Source: Bacillota bacterium (GTDB lineage: Bacteria > Bacillota > Sulfobacillia > JAJZYS01 > JAJYTV01). From it: a stretch of DNA of 64,000 nt. The notes under the pieces are model-generated. The model had not been told where the DNA came from. It worked only from the letters and a program-made list of their open reading frames with translations, and ran no database searches. Below are positions 53,462 to 63,818 of this stretch, one piece after another. The stretch lies in contig JAJZQO010000003.1 in assembly GCA_021847575.1 (NCBI GenBank), positions 14,411-78,410 of the forward strand, written 5' to 3'. A program made the position numbers and the translations under genes. Each line of letters starts with the position of its first letter. The stretch's first letter is position 1.

Positions 53462-54059
53462 GTTCTGGGTTGCGGCGGTGCTTATAGGGCTGACGGCTGT
53501 CCTGGCTTCGCCCGCCGCGGCGGCGGGATCGTCCCGGCCGTTCGCGATGGCTGTCGTGGATCAAGCGGGCAGCGGAGCCATCTCGGTGACGGAGACTGTT
53601 TCGCAACCGGGCAACGGACAGTTCACCGTGTGGCCCGGCGCCTACGGGACCAGCGTTCCTGCAGGCCTCGCCGCATTGGTGCGCAACCGCTTCACCATAC
53701 CGGCCGGCGTTGGTTCAGCCCAGGTCAAGTTCTACGTTCGCATGCCCACGGACGGCCTTACCGTGCGCTGGTACTTTCCGACGAAGGTCGGCGTTCTCTG
53801 GATCCTGGTCGGCAAGGGTCTTACGCTGCCGGTTGTGCTGAACCAGAAGTTTTCCCCGAACCCGCCCACGGTGTGGAACGGCAGCGACTACTCCGTCTAC
53901 AGCGCGAAGAACGTCGCAGGCAACCTGGTGCTCAACCTTCAGCACCGGCAACCGACAGGCAGCCCGTGGCAGGGCGTCCTGCCCTGGCTGTGGCTGGTTC
54001 CGGTCGTCCTGGTGGCCTACGTCGTCCTCCGGCGTCTGCGCTGGCGCTCCCATGCTTGA
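53445..54059 (+). CDS. uncharacterised exported, C-terminally membrane-anchored protein within the ccm operon
   Basis: Signal peptide MASRARFWVAAVLIGLTAVLASPAAAAG and C-terminal TM LPWLWLVPVVLVAYVVL followed by RRLRWR. It has no Cys or His-rich motif. It overlaps ccmE by 17 nt and ccmA by 8 nt. Confidence 0.6.
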   Translation: MASRARFWVAAVLIGLTAVLASPAAAAGSSRPFAMAVVDQAGSGAISVTETVSQPGNGQFTVWPGAYGTSVPAGLAALVRNRFTIPAGVGSAQVKFYVRMPTDGLTVRWYFPTKVGVLWILVGKGLTLPVVLNQKFSPNPPTVWNGSDYSVYSAKNVAGNLVLNLQHRQPTGSPWQGVLPWLWLVPVVLVAYVVLRRLRWRSHA

Positions 54060-54762
54060 AGCGCGGGACCTTCGCCTTCAACTCGGTGCTCGCCGCGTGC
54101 TGCGCGGGGTGTCGTTTTCCTTGCGGCCGGGCCGCTGTCTCGCTCTGTTCGGGGCCAACGGCGCCGGCAAGACATCTCTTCTCAGCCTTCTTTCCCTGCA
54201 GCGGTCACCTGCCGGAGGCAGTCTCAGGATGTTTGGAGCCGAGGCTGCAGTGGACGACCTTGCGCTGCGCAGGCGCCTGGGCTACCTTGGGCACGAACCC
54301 GGAGTGTTCCTCGGCCTTACGGGGCTCGAAAACCTGCTCCTCTATGCGCGTCTGTACCAGCTCGAAGCCCCGGGTGAGCTGGCGCTGGAGTATCTGCGCA
54401 GGGTCGGCCTCGCGGCCTTCCGCCACACCCTGGTACGCAGCTATTCCGCCGGCATGCGACAGCGGCTGGGTCTGGCAAGGACCCTCCTGCACCAGCCCGA
54501 GCTGCTCCTTCTGGACGAGCCGCACCAGAGCCTCGACCGGCGAGGACAGGAGCTCCTTGACCAGCTTGTACGGCGGCACTGCAGTATGGGTGGTGCGGCC
54601 GTGGTCGCGAGCCATGAGACCGAGCGTGCGCTCGGTCTGGCGACCGACGTGATGGTTCTGAGCCGCGGCAAGGTGTCCTATTTCGCCCCGCTCGCCGAAA
54701 CGTCACGCGACATGTTCGACAAGGCGCTGGGGGAAGCGCTCGGAGGCGGGGGGCTTTGCTGA
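54052..54762 (+). CDS. ccmA: heme exporter ATP-binding protein CcmA
   Basis: Walker A GANGAGKTS, signature YSAGMRQRL, Walker B LLLLDEP. Confidence 0.85.
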   Translation: MLEARDLRLQLGARRVLRGVSFSLRPGRCLALFGANGAGKTSLLSLLSLQRSPAGGSLRMFGAEAAVDDLALRRRLGYLGHEPGVFLGLTGLENLLLYARLYQLEAPGELALEYLRRVGLAAFRHTLVRSYSAGMRQRLGLARTLLHQPELLLLDEPHQSLDRRGQELLDQLVRRHCSMGGAAVVASHETERALGLATDVMVLSRGKVSYFAPLAETSRDMFDKALGEALGGGGLC

Positions 54763-55418
54763 AAGCGGCCGTTTGGCTGTTCTGGAAGGATCTCAGCCTT
54801 GAGCTGCGTGGCCGAGAACTCCTGTTGCCGGCTGGCGTGTTCGGACTCATCATAGCGATGCTCTACGGCTTTGCCTTCAACGGCGGCCAGCAGGTGCTGC
54901 GCCCGATGTTCCCCGGACTGCTTTGGCTGGGGATCTTCTTTTCAAGCTTCCTGGCGGTGGGCAGGGCGTTCGGCGTCGAGGCCGAAGCAGGCCGACAACT
55001 GCTGATGGCGCCGATCGACCGCGGGTCGATCTTTCTCGCCAAACTGGCGCTGAACGTTCTGCTCACGCTGGTGCTCACGGCCGTTCTGACACCGGCCTTT
55101 TCGCTGCTGCTCGGAGCGCCGCTGCCGAGCGCAACTTGGCTCTTCATCTGGACCCTCATTCTCGGCGTGGTGGGTTTCGCCGCTGCCGGCAGCGCCATGG
55201 GGGCCCTTACGGCCCAGACCCGCCTGCGGGAACTGCTTCTGCCCGCGCTGCTGCTGCCGTTTACTTCGCCCCTGCTGCTCGGAGCCGTCAACGCCACTGG
55301 CGCGCTATACACGCGAGACATCTCCCCGGCCGGAAGCTGGCTATGGCTGATGGCAGTGTTCGACGGCATCTTCATCCTGGTGCCGCTCTTGCTGTTCGAG
55401 TACCTGACGGAGGTGTAG
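54756..55418 (+). CDS. ccmB: heme exporter permease CcmB
   Basis: 220 aa with six TM segments. Its position between ccmA and ccmC, and its FLAKLALNVLL-type helices, support the call. Confidence 0.8.
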   Translation: MLKAAVWLFWKDLSLELRGRELLLPAGVFGLIIAMLYGFAFNGGQQVLRPMFPGLLWLGIFFSSFLAVGRAFGVEAEAGRQLLMAPIDRGSIFLAKLALNVLLTLVLTAVLTPAFSLLLGAPLPSATWLFIWTLILGVVGFAAAGSAMGALTAQTRLRELLLPALLLPFTSPLLLGAVNATGALYTRDISPAGSWLWLMAVFDGIFILVPLLLFEYLTEV

Positions 55419-55421
55419 GAT

Positions 55422-56099
55422 ATGCGCTACCTGCGCTGGCTGGCCCTCCCGCTTTGGCTGGTGGGTCTCTACCTAGCGCTGATCTGGGTTCCTGACGTCC
55501 GCTCGCTCGGGGTTTCGTACCGCATCTTCTACATCCACCTGGGCATGGCGTGGACGGCTCTGCTCGCCATGACCGCAAACTTCGTCCTGTCCCTGCTCGT
55601 GCTGGTCCGCCGCAAGGGCAAGGAGGAGACCGACCGCTTCGCCCAGGCCTCGGCGGAGGTCGGTATCCTGATGACAACGGCGACTTTGGCTTCGGGTATG
55701 CTCTGGGCCCGCGTGGCGTGGGGGGCCTTCTGGACCTGGGACCCCCGTCTGACGACGACGGCGATCATGTGGTTCCTCTACATCGGGTATATCCTGCTGC
55801 GACAGGCCATCGACGACGACGCGCGACGGCGGGTGTACAGCGCGGTGTACGCTCTTATCATCTTCATCGACGTGCCGATCGTTTATCTGAGCGTCCGCTG
55901 GTGGCGCACCATCCACCCGGTGGTGTTTACGGAGACAGGCATGAACATAACGCCGCAGATGTTCATCGCGGTGATCGTCTTCTTCTTCGCTACTTTGGTT
56001 CTCGCGCTCGATCTCATCTATTTGCGGGCCTTCCAGGAGAAGTTGCACCGCGAGCTCCAGAGGCGCAGGGAACGTCGTCTGGGACGCCTCGGCTACTGA
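55422..56099 (+). CDS. ccmC: heme exporter / heme lyase component CcmC
   Basis: Contains the W-rich motif WGAFWTWDPRLTTT and conserved His residues (IHLGMAW and RTIHP). Confidence 0.9.
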   Translation: MRYLRWLALPLWLVGLYLALIWVPDVRSLGVSYRIFYIHLGMAWTALLAMTANFVLSLLVLVRRKGKEETDRFAQASAEVGILMTTATLASGMLWARVAWGAFWTWDPRLTTTAIMWFLYIGYILLRQAIDDDARRRVYSAVYALIIFIDVPIVYLSVRWWRTIHPVVFTETGMNITPQMFIAVIVFFFATLVLALDLIYLRAFQEKLHRELQRRRERRLGRLGY

Positions 56100-56117
56100 A
56101 CGGGGAGGGACTAGAGG

Positions 56118-56279
56118 GTGGCAGTGGAGAAGCAGTTTCTGGAGTACGTGTTCTTCGCGTACTCGGCGGTGTTCATCCTTATCTTTCTGTTCGTAACCAA
56201 TGTCTGGCACCGTACGCGTGGCCTGCAGCAGCAGATTGACGCCATGCGGGACGACGAGGAGCCGGAAGGGGAGTCCTGA
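56118..56279 (+). CDS. ccmD: small single-TM protein, CcmD-like
   Basis: 53 codons, below the track's size threshold: VAVEKQFLEYVFFAYSAVFILIFLFVTNVWHRTRGLQQQIDAMRDDEEPEGES. Position and topology fit CcmD. GTG follows GGGGAGGG. Confidence 0.5.
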   Translation: MAVEKQFLEYVFFAYSAVFILIFLFVTNVWHRTRGLQQQIDAMRDDEEPEGES

Positions 56280-56282
56280 GGC

Positions 56283-56948
56283 ATGAAGGGCCGGCAGACG
56301 TGGGGCATGATCGGCATGCTGCTCCTTCTGGGCATTCTGCTCGGCGTGCAGTTCCGGGTGGATCGCGGCGTACCGGCAGTAGGGCCGGAGAACGTTGGCG
56401 ATATGGCGGTGCTGTTGCAACGTGCGGAACAGCAGAACCACCAGCTGGCCAAGGAACTCGCTTCGCTCAAGGCGCAGATCCTGCGCCAGGATCAGGGTGC
56501 CGTTCGCTACAAGGCCCTCGTCCAGCAGCTGGACCTTGCCAGGGCGGAAGCGGGACTGACGACCGTGTCGGGCAAGGGCGTGGAGGTGGTCGTGTCCGAG
56601 CCGAGCGGCGGCCTCGGCAGTCAGGCGATCTTCGCCATCCACGACACCGACGTGCTCAGCATCCTGAACGAGCTGCGTGCGGCGGGAGCCTACGCCCTCT
56701 CGATCAACGGGCAGAGGGTTGTGGCGACGACCGAGGTGCGCGAGGCAGGCTCGATCTTCTCGATCAACAACACGCCCGCAGCGCCTCCCTTTACCATCGT
56801 GGCCCTGGGTGATCCGACGACCATGCGCCAGGCCCTCCTGCTGCGCGGCGGCGTGATCGACACGCTTCAGGCAGTCGGCATCGGCATCAAGATCAGGACC
56901 GCCGCGGATCTGTCGGTACCGGCCTACCAGGGAGCAGACCTTCCGTAG
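56283..56948 (+). CDS. DUF881 family protein
   Basis: N-terminal TM, a coiled segment, then GKGVEVVVSE...DTDVLSILNELRAAGAYALSINGQRV...INNTPAAPPFTIVALGDP. Confidence 0.75.
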   Translation: MKGRQTWGMIGMLLLLGILLGVQFRVDRGVPAVGPENVGDMAVLLQRAEQQNHQLAKELASLKAQILRQDQGAVRYKALVQQLDLARAEAGLTTVSGKGVEVVVSEPSGGLGSQAIFAIHDTDVLSILNELRAAGAYALSINGQRVVATTEVREAGSIFSINNTPAAPPFTIVALGDPTTMRQALLLRGGVIDTLQAVGIGIKIRTAADLSVPAYQGADLP

Positions 56949-57015
56949 TAGTCCTGACCTTCCTTCGGGCTGGCCGATCGGTCATGGGGCGACTGGGTCC
57001 AGTTGACCCAAATGC

Positions 57016-57047
57016 CGCCTGTCCGGAGGCGCTTCGTCTTTTTTTCT
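57016..57047 (+). terminator. weak intrinsic terminator after the ccm/DUF881 operon
   Basis: 5-bp GC stem CGCCT-gtccgg-AGGCG followed by CTTCGTCTTTTTTTC. Confidence 0.4.
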
Positions 57048-57057
57048 TCCGAACCGG

Positions 57058-57066
57058 TGGTACAAT
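57058..57066 (+). promoter_or_regulatory. extended -10 element upstream of citrate synthase
   Basis: TGgTACAAT lies 60 nt upstream of ATG 57127. No good -35 element is present. Confidence 0.35.
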
Positions 57067-57126
57067 GAACGACGGAGCGGGACCAACCGGCTGAATCCCC
57101 TGTGATCCGGGAAGGGATGGTCGAGC

Positions 57127-58254
57127 ATGGCAGAGACTGGCTTCAAAGCGGGCCTCGAAGATGTGGTGGCCGGGACTTCCGATATTTGTTTCATCGACGG
57201 CAAGGAAGGTCGGCTCGTATATTCAGGTTACGACATTCACGATCTCGTAAAGCACGGCAGCTTTGAGGAGACCGTGTATCTCCTTTGGCACAACCGCCTG
57301 CCAAGTCGCGCGGAACTCGAGACGCTCGAGCAGACGCTGACGAGCCAGGCCGCGGTGCCGGAGCCTGTCATCAGCATGTTGGAAGCCATGCCCAAGGGCG
57401 CGGAGCCAATGGAGATGCTGCGCACGGCAGTATCGGCCATGTCGGTCTACGACCCTGACGACCACGACAACAGCTACGACGCGTCGGTGCGCAAGGCCGA
57501 GCGTCTGGTCGCCCGGTTCCCGACGCTCGTCGCGGCGATCGGCCGCATCATGCAGGGCGATAAGGCGATTCTGCCGCAGCACGGTCTCAACGTGGCGCAG
57601 AACTTCCTTTACATGCTGACCGGCAAGGAGGCCGACGCGCGCAACGCGCACCTGTTCGACCTGTGCCTAATCATGCACGCCGACCACGAGTTGAACGCAT
57701 CCACCTTCTCCGCCCGGGTTACCGCCGGCACGCTGAGCGACATCTACTCCGCGATCACGTCGGCCGTGGGCACCCTGAAGGGACCCTTGCACGGTGGCGC
57801 CAACGAGCAGGTCATGCGCATGCTGCTGGAGATCGGCGAAGTGGCGAACGCGGAAGCGTGGATCAAGGACGCCCTGGCGAACAAGAAGAAGATCATGGGC
57901 TTCGGCCACCGCGTCTACCGCACGGAAGACCCACGCGCAACCCACCTCCGCCAGTTCAGCGAGGAGGTCGGCAAGAAGGCCGGCGACACGCGCTGGTATG
58001 AGATGTCTCGCATCGTCGAGCGTGTCGTGCTGCAGGAGAAGGGCCTCTACCCGAACGTCGACTTCTTCTCTGCCTCGACCTACTACATGATGGGCCTGCC
58101 GATCCCTCTCTTCACACCCATCTTCGCGCTCAGCCGGGTCTCCGGCTGGACAGCCCACGTTCTCGAACAATACCGCAACAACCGCCTGATCCGCCCGCGT
58201 GCGGAATACACTGGACCCGAGCGCCGGGAGTACGTCCCACTCGCCGACCGTTAG
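57127..58254 (+). CDS. citZ: citrate synthase
   Basis: 375 aa with [18 protein letters not shown] and GFGHRVY. Confidence 0.95.
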   Translation: MAETGFKAGLEDVVAGTSDICFIDGKEGRLVYSGYDIHDLVKHGSFEETVYLLWHNRLPSRAELETLEQTLTSQAAVPEPVISMLEAMPKGAEPMEMLRTAVSAMSVYDPDDHDNSYDASVRKAERLVARFPTLVAAIGRIMQGDKAILPQHGLNVAQNFLYMLTGKEADARNAHLFDLCLIMHADHELNASTFSARVTAGTLSDIYSAITSAVGTLKGPLHGGANEQVMRMLLEIGEVANAEAWIKDALANKKKIMGFGHRVYRTEDPRATHLRQFSEEVGKKAGDTRWYEMSRIVERVVLQEKGLYPNVDFFSASTYYMMGLPIPLFTPIFALSRVSGWTAHVLEQYRNNRLIRPRAEYTGPERREYVPLADR

Positions 58255-58325
58255 TGCGCCGTCGCTCCCCGGTGGGGTTCCGACCCCGCCGGGGGCGTTT
58301 TTGGAAACAGGAGGGTAGCCGTACA

Positions 58326-59543
58326 TTGAAGAACGCCGAGGGTGAGAAGATCCGGTTCACCGATGGACGCCTCGAGGTACCCGACAACCCAGTGCTCCCG
58401 TACATCGAAGGCGATGGTACGGGCGTCGACATCTGGCCTCCCTCGCAGGCGGTTCTGGACGCGGCGGTTCGTCTTGCCTATGACGGCCAGCGCAAGATCT
58501 CGTGGCTGCAGGTTTACGCAGGCGAGGCTGCCTTCCAGAAGTTCGGCTCGTGGATGCCCGATGAGACCCTCGAGGCCTTCCGCGAGTACCGCGTGGGCAT
58601 CAAGGGCCCCCTGACCACACCCGTCGGCGGCGGCATCCGCTCGCTCAACGTCATGCTCCGGCGGGAACTCGACCTGTACGCATGCGTGCGCCCTGTGCGC
58701 TACTTCGAAGGCGTACCCTCGCCACTCAAGCACCCCGAGCGTACCAACATGGTGATTTTCCGCGAGAACACCGAGGATGTCTATTCGGGTATCGAGTGGC
58801 CCGCGGGCACGGACGAGAACACGCGGCTCGCCAGTCTGCTCAAGGAGTTCGGCCGTCCCATCCGGGAGGGCTCCGGCATCGGCATCAAGCCGATTTCGCC
58901 GTTCGGCACGAAGCGGCTCGTGCGCAAGGCGATCCAGTACGCGATCGACCAGGGCCGCAAGAGCGTAACCTTCGTGCACAAGGGCAACATCATGAAGTAC
59001 ACGGAGGGCGCCTTCCGCGAGTGGGGCTACGAACTGGCCAAGGAGGAGTTCGGCGACAAGACGATCACCTGGCAGGAGATGCAGGATAAGGGTGGCAAGC
59101 AGCCCGAGGACAAGATCCTGATCCAGGACGTCATCGCGGACAACATGTTCCAGCAGATCCTGCTGCGGCCGCAGCTCTACGACGTCATCGCGACGATGAA
59201 CCTGAACGGCGACTACCTCTCCGACGCGCTCGCGGCGCAGGTCGGCGGCATCGGCATCGCTCCGGGCGCCAACATGTCGGACGGCTACGCCATTTTTGAA
59301 GCGACGCATGGCACGGCGCCGAAGTACGCCGGCCAGGACAAGGTGAACCCGGGCTCCGTCATCCTCTCCGGAGTCATGATGCTCGAGTACCTGGGCTGGA
59401 ACGAAGCCGCCGCACTCGTGGTCAAGGGCATGGAGGAGACGATCAAGGCGGGCAAGGTGACCTACGACCTTACGCCTGACCGCTCTGTGGGCATCAAGTC
59501 GTCCGAATTCGGTGCGGAGATCATCCGCCGGATGGAGGGCTAA
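58326..59543 (+). CDS. icd: NADP-dependent isocitrate dehydrogenase
   Basis: TTG follows AGGAGGG. Contains [31 protein letters not shown] and [10 protein letters not shown]. Confidence 0.95.
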   Translation: MKNAEGEKIRFTDGRLEVPDNPVLPYIEGDGTGVDIWPPSQAVLDAAVRLAYDGQRKISWLQVYAGEAAFQKFGSWMPDETLEAFREYRVGIKGPLTTPVGGGIRSLNVMLRRELDLYACVRPVRYFEGVPSPLKHPERTNMVIFRENTEDVYSGIEWPAGTDENTRLASLLKEFGRPIREGSGIGIKPISPFGTKRLVRKAIQYAIDQGRKSVTFVHKGNIMKYTEGAFREWGYELAKEEFGDKTITWQEMQDKGGKQPEDKILIQDVIADNMFQQILLRPQLYDVIATMNLNGDYLSDALAAQVGGIGIAPGANMSDGYAIFEATHGTAPKYAGQDKVNPGSVILSGVMMLEYLGWNEAAALVVKGMEETIKAGKVTYDLTPDRSVGIKSSEFGAEIIRRMEG

Positions 59544-59546
59544 AGC

Positions 59547-60473
59547 ATGCGCGAAAAGGTCACGATCATCGGCGCCGGCAATGTCGGCGCCACCACGGCC
59601 CACTGGCTCATGGCCCGCAACACCTGCGACGTCGTCCTGGTCGACGTCGTCGAGGGAATCCCGCAGGGCAAGGCGCTCGACCTGTACGAGGCGACGCCAG
59701 TGGCCGGTGCCTCGGTCAAGGTCGTCGGCGAGCAGGACTACGCCGCAACGGCGGGATCTTCCGTCGTGGTCGTCACCGCCGGGTTTGCCCGCAAGCCGGG
59801 CATGAGCCGTGACGACTTGCTCAACATGAACAACGATGTCGTGACGCAGGTCGTCAAGAAGGCGGTAGCCGTCTCGCCGGACGCCATCTTCATCGTCGTC
59901 ACCAACCCGGTCGACGTCATGACCTACGTGACGTGGAAGGCCTCCGGGCTGCCGGCTGAGCGCGTCATGGGCATGGCGGGCGTCCTCGACTCCGCCCGCT
60001 TCAGGACATTCCTGGCGATGGAGCTCGGCGTCTCGCCCAAGGACGTGGTCGCGTTCGTCATGGGCGGCCATGGCGATCAGATGGTGCCGCTCACGCGGTA
60101 CTCCTCGGTCGGCGGCATCCCGGTCGAAAGCCTGATCTCGAAGGAACGTCTCGACGCCATCGTCAAGCGTACGCGCACCGGCGGCGGCGAGATCGTCAAT
60201 CTGCTCAAGAGCGGCAGCGCCTACTTCGCGCCCGGCGCATCGTCGGCGGAAATGGTCGAGGCCGTTCTGGGCGACCAGAAGCGCCTGCTCCCTGTCATCG
60301 CCCACCTGAACGGCGAGTACGGCGAGAAGGATGTCTATGTCGGTGTGCCGGCCCTTATCGGCCGTGGCGGCGTCGAGAAGATCTTCGAAATCGAATTCAC
60401 CAAGGAAGAGGCCGAAGCGTTCCGCAACTCCGTGCAGGCAGTGCGGGAGCCACTTTCGGTTCTGGGGTTTTAG
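59547..60473 (+). CDS. mdh: malate dehydrogenase (LDH-like type)
   Basis: Contains [31 protein letters not shown] and MGGHGD. Confidence 0.95.
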   Translation: MREKVTIIGAGNVGATTAHWLMARNTCDVVLVDVVEGIPQGKALDLYEATPVAGASVKVVGEQDYAATAGSSVVVVTAGFARKPGMSRDDLLNMNNDVVTQVVKKAVAVSPDAIFIVVTNPVDVMTYVTWKASGLPAERVMGMAGVLDSARFRTFLAMELGVSPKDVVAFVMGGHGDQMVPLTRYSSVGGIPVESLISKERLDAIVKRTRTGGGEIVNLLKSGSAYFAPGASSAEMVEAVLGDQKRLLPVIAHLNGEYGEKDVYVGVPALIGRGGVEKIFEIEFTKEEAEAFRNSVQAVREPLSVLGF

Positions 60474-60476
60474 ATC

Positions 60477-61715
60477 ATGAGGTTGCGTGAAGAGGCACTC
60501 GAGTACCACCGCGTCCACCACGGCAAGATCGAGATCACGAGCCGCGTTCCGCTGAACGACCAGCAGGACCTTTCGCTGGCGTATACCCCGGGCGTCGCTG
60601 AGCCGTGCAAGCAGATCCAGATCGAGCCGGATTCCATCTTCGAATACACGAACCGCGGCAACCTGGTTGCCATCCTGACAGACGGCTCCGCCGTGCTGGG
60701 CCTGGGCGACATCGGCCCAGGCGCGGGCCTGCCCGTCATGGAAGGCAAGGCGGTTCTGTTCAAGGCCTTCGGTGGTGTCGACGCCTTCCCGGTGCTCGTC
60801 AACACCCAGGATGTCGACAAGATCGTCGAGGTCATGAAGCTGATCGAGCCGGGCTTCGGCGGCGTCAACGTCGAGGACGTGTCGGCTCCGCGCTGCTTCG
60901 AGCTCGAGCGCCGCCTGAAGGAAGAACTCGACATTCCCGTGTTCCACGACGACCAGCACGGCACGGCCATCGTCGTGGGCGCGGCCTTCCTGAACGCTCT
61001 CAGGGTAGTGCAGAAGAAGATCGAAGACGTCCACATCGTGTTCAACGGCGCGGGGGCTTCAGGCATCATGGTCTCCCGCATGCTGCGCGATCTGGGCGCC
61101 AAGGACATCATCCTCTGTGACCGTCAGGGCACCATCTACGAAGGGCGCCCCGGTCTCAACCCGGAGAAGGAGGTCGTCGCCCGCGAGACCAACCCGCGCA
61201 AGGTCCAGGGTACGCTCGCGGACGCGCTGGTCGGCGCCGACGCCTTCGTGGGCCTGTCTTCGGCAGGCGCGGTGACCATGGACATGCTGCGTCCGATGAA
61301 CAAGGACGGCATCGTGTTCGCGCTCGCCAACCCGGTGCCAGAGATCTGGCCGGTGCAGGCGGTCGAGGTCGGCGCGGCCGTGGTCGGCACGGGTCGCTCG
61401 GACTTCGCCAATCAGATCAACAACGTGCTCGGCTTCCCTGGCGTGTTCCGCGGTGCGCTCGACGTGCGCGCACGCAGGATCACGGAAGGGATGAAGCAGG
61501 CGGCGGCCCGCGCCATCGCAGGTCTCATCTCCGACCAGGAGCTGCGGGCGGATTACGTCATCCCGGCTCCGCTCGACCGGCGTGTCGCTCCGGCCGTGGC
61601 GCGCGCGGTGGCGGAACAGGCCATCAAGGAAGGGCTCGCCCGAAGGGTCGTCGACCCCGCAGAGGTCGAGCAGCACTGCATCGACCTCACTCGCGGGAAG
61701 GAAGGCCAAGCGTAG
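60477..61715 (+). CDS. NAD(P)-dependent malic enzyme (short form)
   Basis: Contains LSLAYTPGVA, TDGSAVLGLGDIG, FHDDQHGTA and FNGAGASG. Confidence 0.9.
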   Translation: MRLREEALEYHRVHHGKIEITSRVPLNDQQDLSLAYTPGVAEPCKQIQIEPDSIFEYTNRGNLVAILTDGSAVLGLGDIGPGAGLPVMEGKAVLFKAFGGVDAFPVLVNTQDVDKIVEVMKLIEPGFGGVNVEDVSAPRCFELERRLKEELDIPVFHDDQHGTAIVVGAAFLNALRVVQKKIEDVHIVFNGAGASGIMVSRMLRDLGAKDIILCDRQGTIYEGRPGLNPEKEVVARETNPRKVQGTLADALVGADAFVGLSSAGAVTMDMLRPMNKDGIVFALANPVPEIWPVQAVEVGAAVVGTGRSDFANQINNVLGFPGVFRGALDVRARRITEGMKQAAARAIAGLISDQELRADYVIPAPLDRRVAPAVARAVAEQAIKEGLARRVVDPAEVEQHCIDLTRGKEGQA

Positions 61716-61728
61716 AAAGGACAGTGGC

Positions 61729-62841
61729 ATGAAGCTCTACGAGTATCTCGCGAAGGGGCGCCTCAAGGCGCATGGTATCCCTGTGCCCCCCGGCACGCTC
61801 TGCCGCACGCCGGACGAAGTCGCCAAGGCCCTCGAGGAGATCTGCCCTGCCGCCGTCAAGGCGCAGGTGCTCGTCGGCGGCCGCGGCAAGGCTGGCGGCA
61901 TCAAGTTCGCCCAGAATCCCGAGGAGGGGCGCAAGGTCGCTTCCGAGATCCTCGGCATGAACCTCAAGGGCTACACTGTCGAACAGGTCTACGTCGAAGG
62001 CAAGATCGACGTAGAGCGCGAGTTCTACGTGTCGGTCACGGTCGACCGCAACGCTCGCAAGCCTCTCGTGATGGCTTCGGCGCACGGCGGGGTCGAGATC
62101 GAGGACGTGGAGGACAAGTACATCGTCCGTCGTCATGTCGATGAGGCCTTCGGCATGCAGGGCTACCTCGCCCGTGACATCGCCGCGGAGATGGGCCTCG
62201 AGGGCGACATCGCGAGGCAGGTCGCCGCGATCCTGCAGCGGCTCTACGAGGTGTTCCGCACGGAGGACGCCGAACTCGTGGAGATCAACCCCCTGGTCGT
62301 CTCTGGCGGTCAGGTGATCGCCGCGGACGCCAGGCTGAACATCGACGACGCCGCCCTCTTCCGTCACAAGGGACTGCCGGATGTGGAGGAGGGCACAGAG
62401 CTCGAGCGCCGGGTCAAGGAGATCGGCCTCGCCTTCGTGCAGCTCGACGGCGACATCGCCGTGATGGCGAACGGGGCGGGCATGGCCATGGCCACGCTCG
62501 ACGCGCTGCAACACTTCGGCGGGCGTCCCGCGAACTTCCTCGACGCCGGCGGCGGTGCTTCGGTCGAACCTACGGCGCAGGCCATGGGCGTCCTCGTCTC
62601 GATGAAGCCCAAGGCGATCTTCGTCAACATCTTCGGCGGCATCACCCGCTGCGACGATGTTGCGAACGCGATCGTGCAGGTGAAGAAGACGCAGGGCATC
62701 CCGGTGCCGCTCGTCGTCCGCCTGGTCGGCACCAACGAGCAGCAGGGCGTGGAGATTCTGCGGCAAGAAGGCATCGAGGCGTTCCGCGAGATGAGCGAGG
62801 CGGCCAAAAAGGCCGTCGAGCTTGCCGGGGAGGTGCGCTAG
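61729..62841 (+). CDS. sucC: succinyl-CoA synthetase beta subunit
   Basis: Begins MKLYEYLAKGRLKAHGIPVP and contains GGRGKAGG and NIFGGITRCD. Confidence 0.95.
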   Translation: MKLYEYLAKGRLKAHGIPVPPGTLCRTPDEVAKALEEICPAAVKAQVLVGGRGKAGGIKFAQNPEEGRKVASEILGMNLKGYTVEQVYVEGKIDVEREFYVSVTVDRNARKPLVMASAHGGVEIEDVEDKYIVRRHVDEAFGMQGYLARDIAAEMGLEGDIARQVAAILQRLYEVFRTEDAELVEINPLVVSGGQVIAADARLNIDDAALFRHKGLPDVEEGTELERRVKEIGLAFVQLDGDIAVMANGAGMAMATLDALQHFGGRPANFLDAGGGASVEPTAQAMGVLVSMKPKAIFVNIFGGITRCDDVANAIVQVKKTQGIPVPLVVRLVGTNEQQGVEILRQEGIEAFREMSEAAKKAVELAGEVR

Positions 62842-62842
62842 C

Positions 62843-63709
62843 ATGGCGATCATCATCAACGAGGAGACCCGCGTCGTCGTGCAGGGCATGACCGGCAACC
62901 AGGGCAGCTTCCACACGGGGCAGATGGTCAAGTACGGGACGAACGTCGTAGCTGGCACCTCACCGACCAAGGCCGGTCAGGACCACGAGGGCATTCCGGT
63001 CTTCGCGTCGGTGCGCGAAGCTGTGCTCGAGCGAGGCGCGAACGCTTCGATCGTGTTCGTGCCGGCCGCCTTCGCCAAGGACGCCGCGTTCGAGGCGATC
63101 GAGGCCGGCTGCAAGGTGGTCGTGATGATCCCCGAGCACATCCCTGTGCAGGATTCGATCCTGATCGTCGAGTATGCGCACTTCCACGGCGCGAAGGTCG
63201 TCGGCCCCAACACATACGGCCTGATTTCGCCTGGCAAGGCCAAGATGGGCATCATGCCGAACCACATCTACGCGCCTGGCCCGGTGGGATTGGTCGCCCG
63301 GTCCGGAACCCTCTCCTACGAAATCGCCGCCGCGCTGACCGAGGCAGGGCTCGGGCAGTCGACGGCCATCGGCATGGGTGGCGATCCGGTAGTCGGCCAG
63401 GTCTTCAACGACGTGCTGCACCAGTTTGAGAAGGACCCAGAGACCAAGGCCTGTGTGCTCGTCGGCGAGATCGGCGGCAGCGCTGAGGAAGAGGCGGCCG
63501 AATTCATCAAGACGATGACGAAGCCGGTCGTGGCCTACCTTGCAGGCCGCGCGGCGCCTCCTGGCAAGCGTATGGGTCACGCAGGAGCCATCATCGAGCG
63601 CGGCCGCGGCACGCTGGAGAGCAAGCGCAAGGCGCTTGAGGCGGCTGGCGTGACGGTCGTCGAGATGCCCTGGGAAGTGGCACCGGCAGTGAAGAAGCTG
63701 CTCGGCTGA
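62843..63709 (+). CDS. sucD: succinyl-CoA synthetase alpha subunit
   Basis: Contains [23 protein letters not shown] and MGHAGAII (phosphohistidine loop). Confidence 0.95.
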   Translation: MAIIINEETRVVVQGMTGNQGSFHTGQMVKYGTNVVAGTSPTKAGQDHEGIPVFASVREAVLERGANASIVFVPAAFAKDAAFEAIEAGCKVVVMIPEHIPVQDSILIVEYAHFHGAKVVGPNTYGLISPGKAKMGIMPNHIYAPGPVGLVARSGTLSYEIAAALTEAGLGQSTAIGMGGDPVVGQVFNDVLHQFEKDPETKACVLVGEIGGSAEEEAAEFIKTMTKPVVAYLAGRAAPPGKRMGHAGAIIERGRGTLESKRKALEAAGVTVVEMPWEVAPAVKKLLG

Positions 63710-63718
63710 CGGAGGAAA

Positions 63719-63756
63719 CAAGGGTGCGGCAGCCTGCAGGGGCGGCCGCACCCTTG
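63719..63756. terminator. 12-bp hairpin between convergent sucD and the downstream minus-strand gene
   Basis: CAAGGGTGCGGC-(14 nt)-GCCGCACCCTTG followed by CTGTCTT. Confidence 0.5.
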
Positions 63757-63818
63757 CTGTCTTGGTAGGCAATCGCGAGAGCCATGAGCGGACCTGTCCG
63801 CCGCACAGGACCCTGCCT

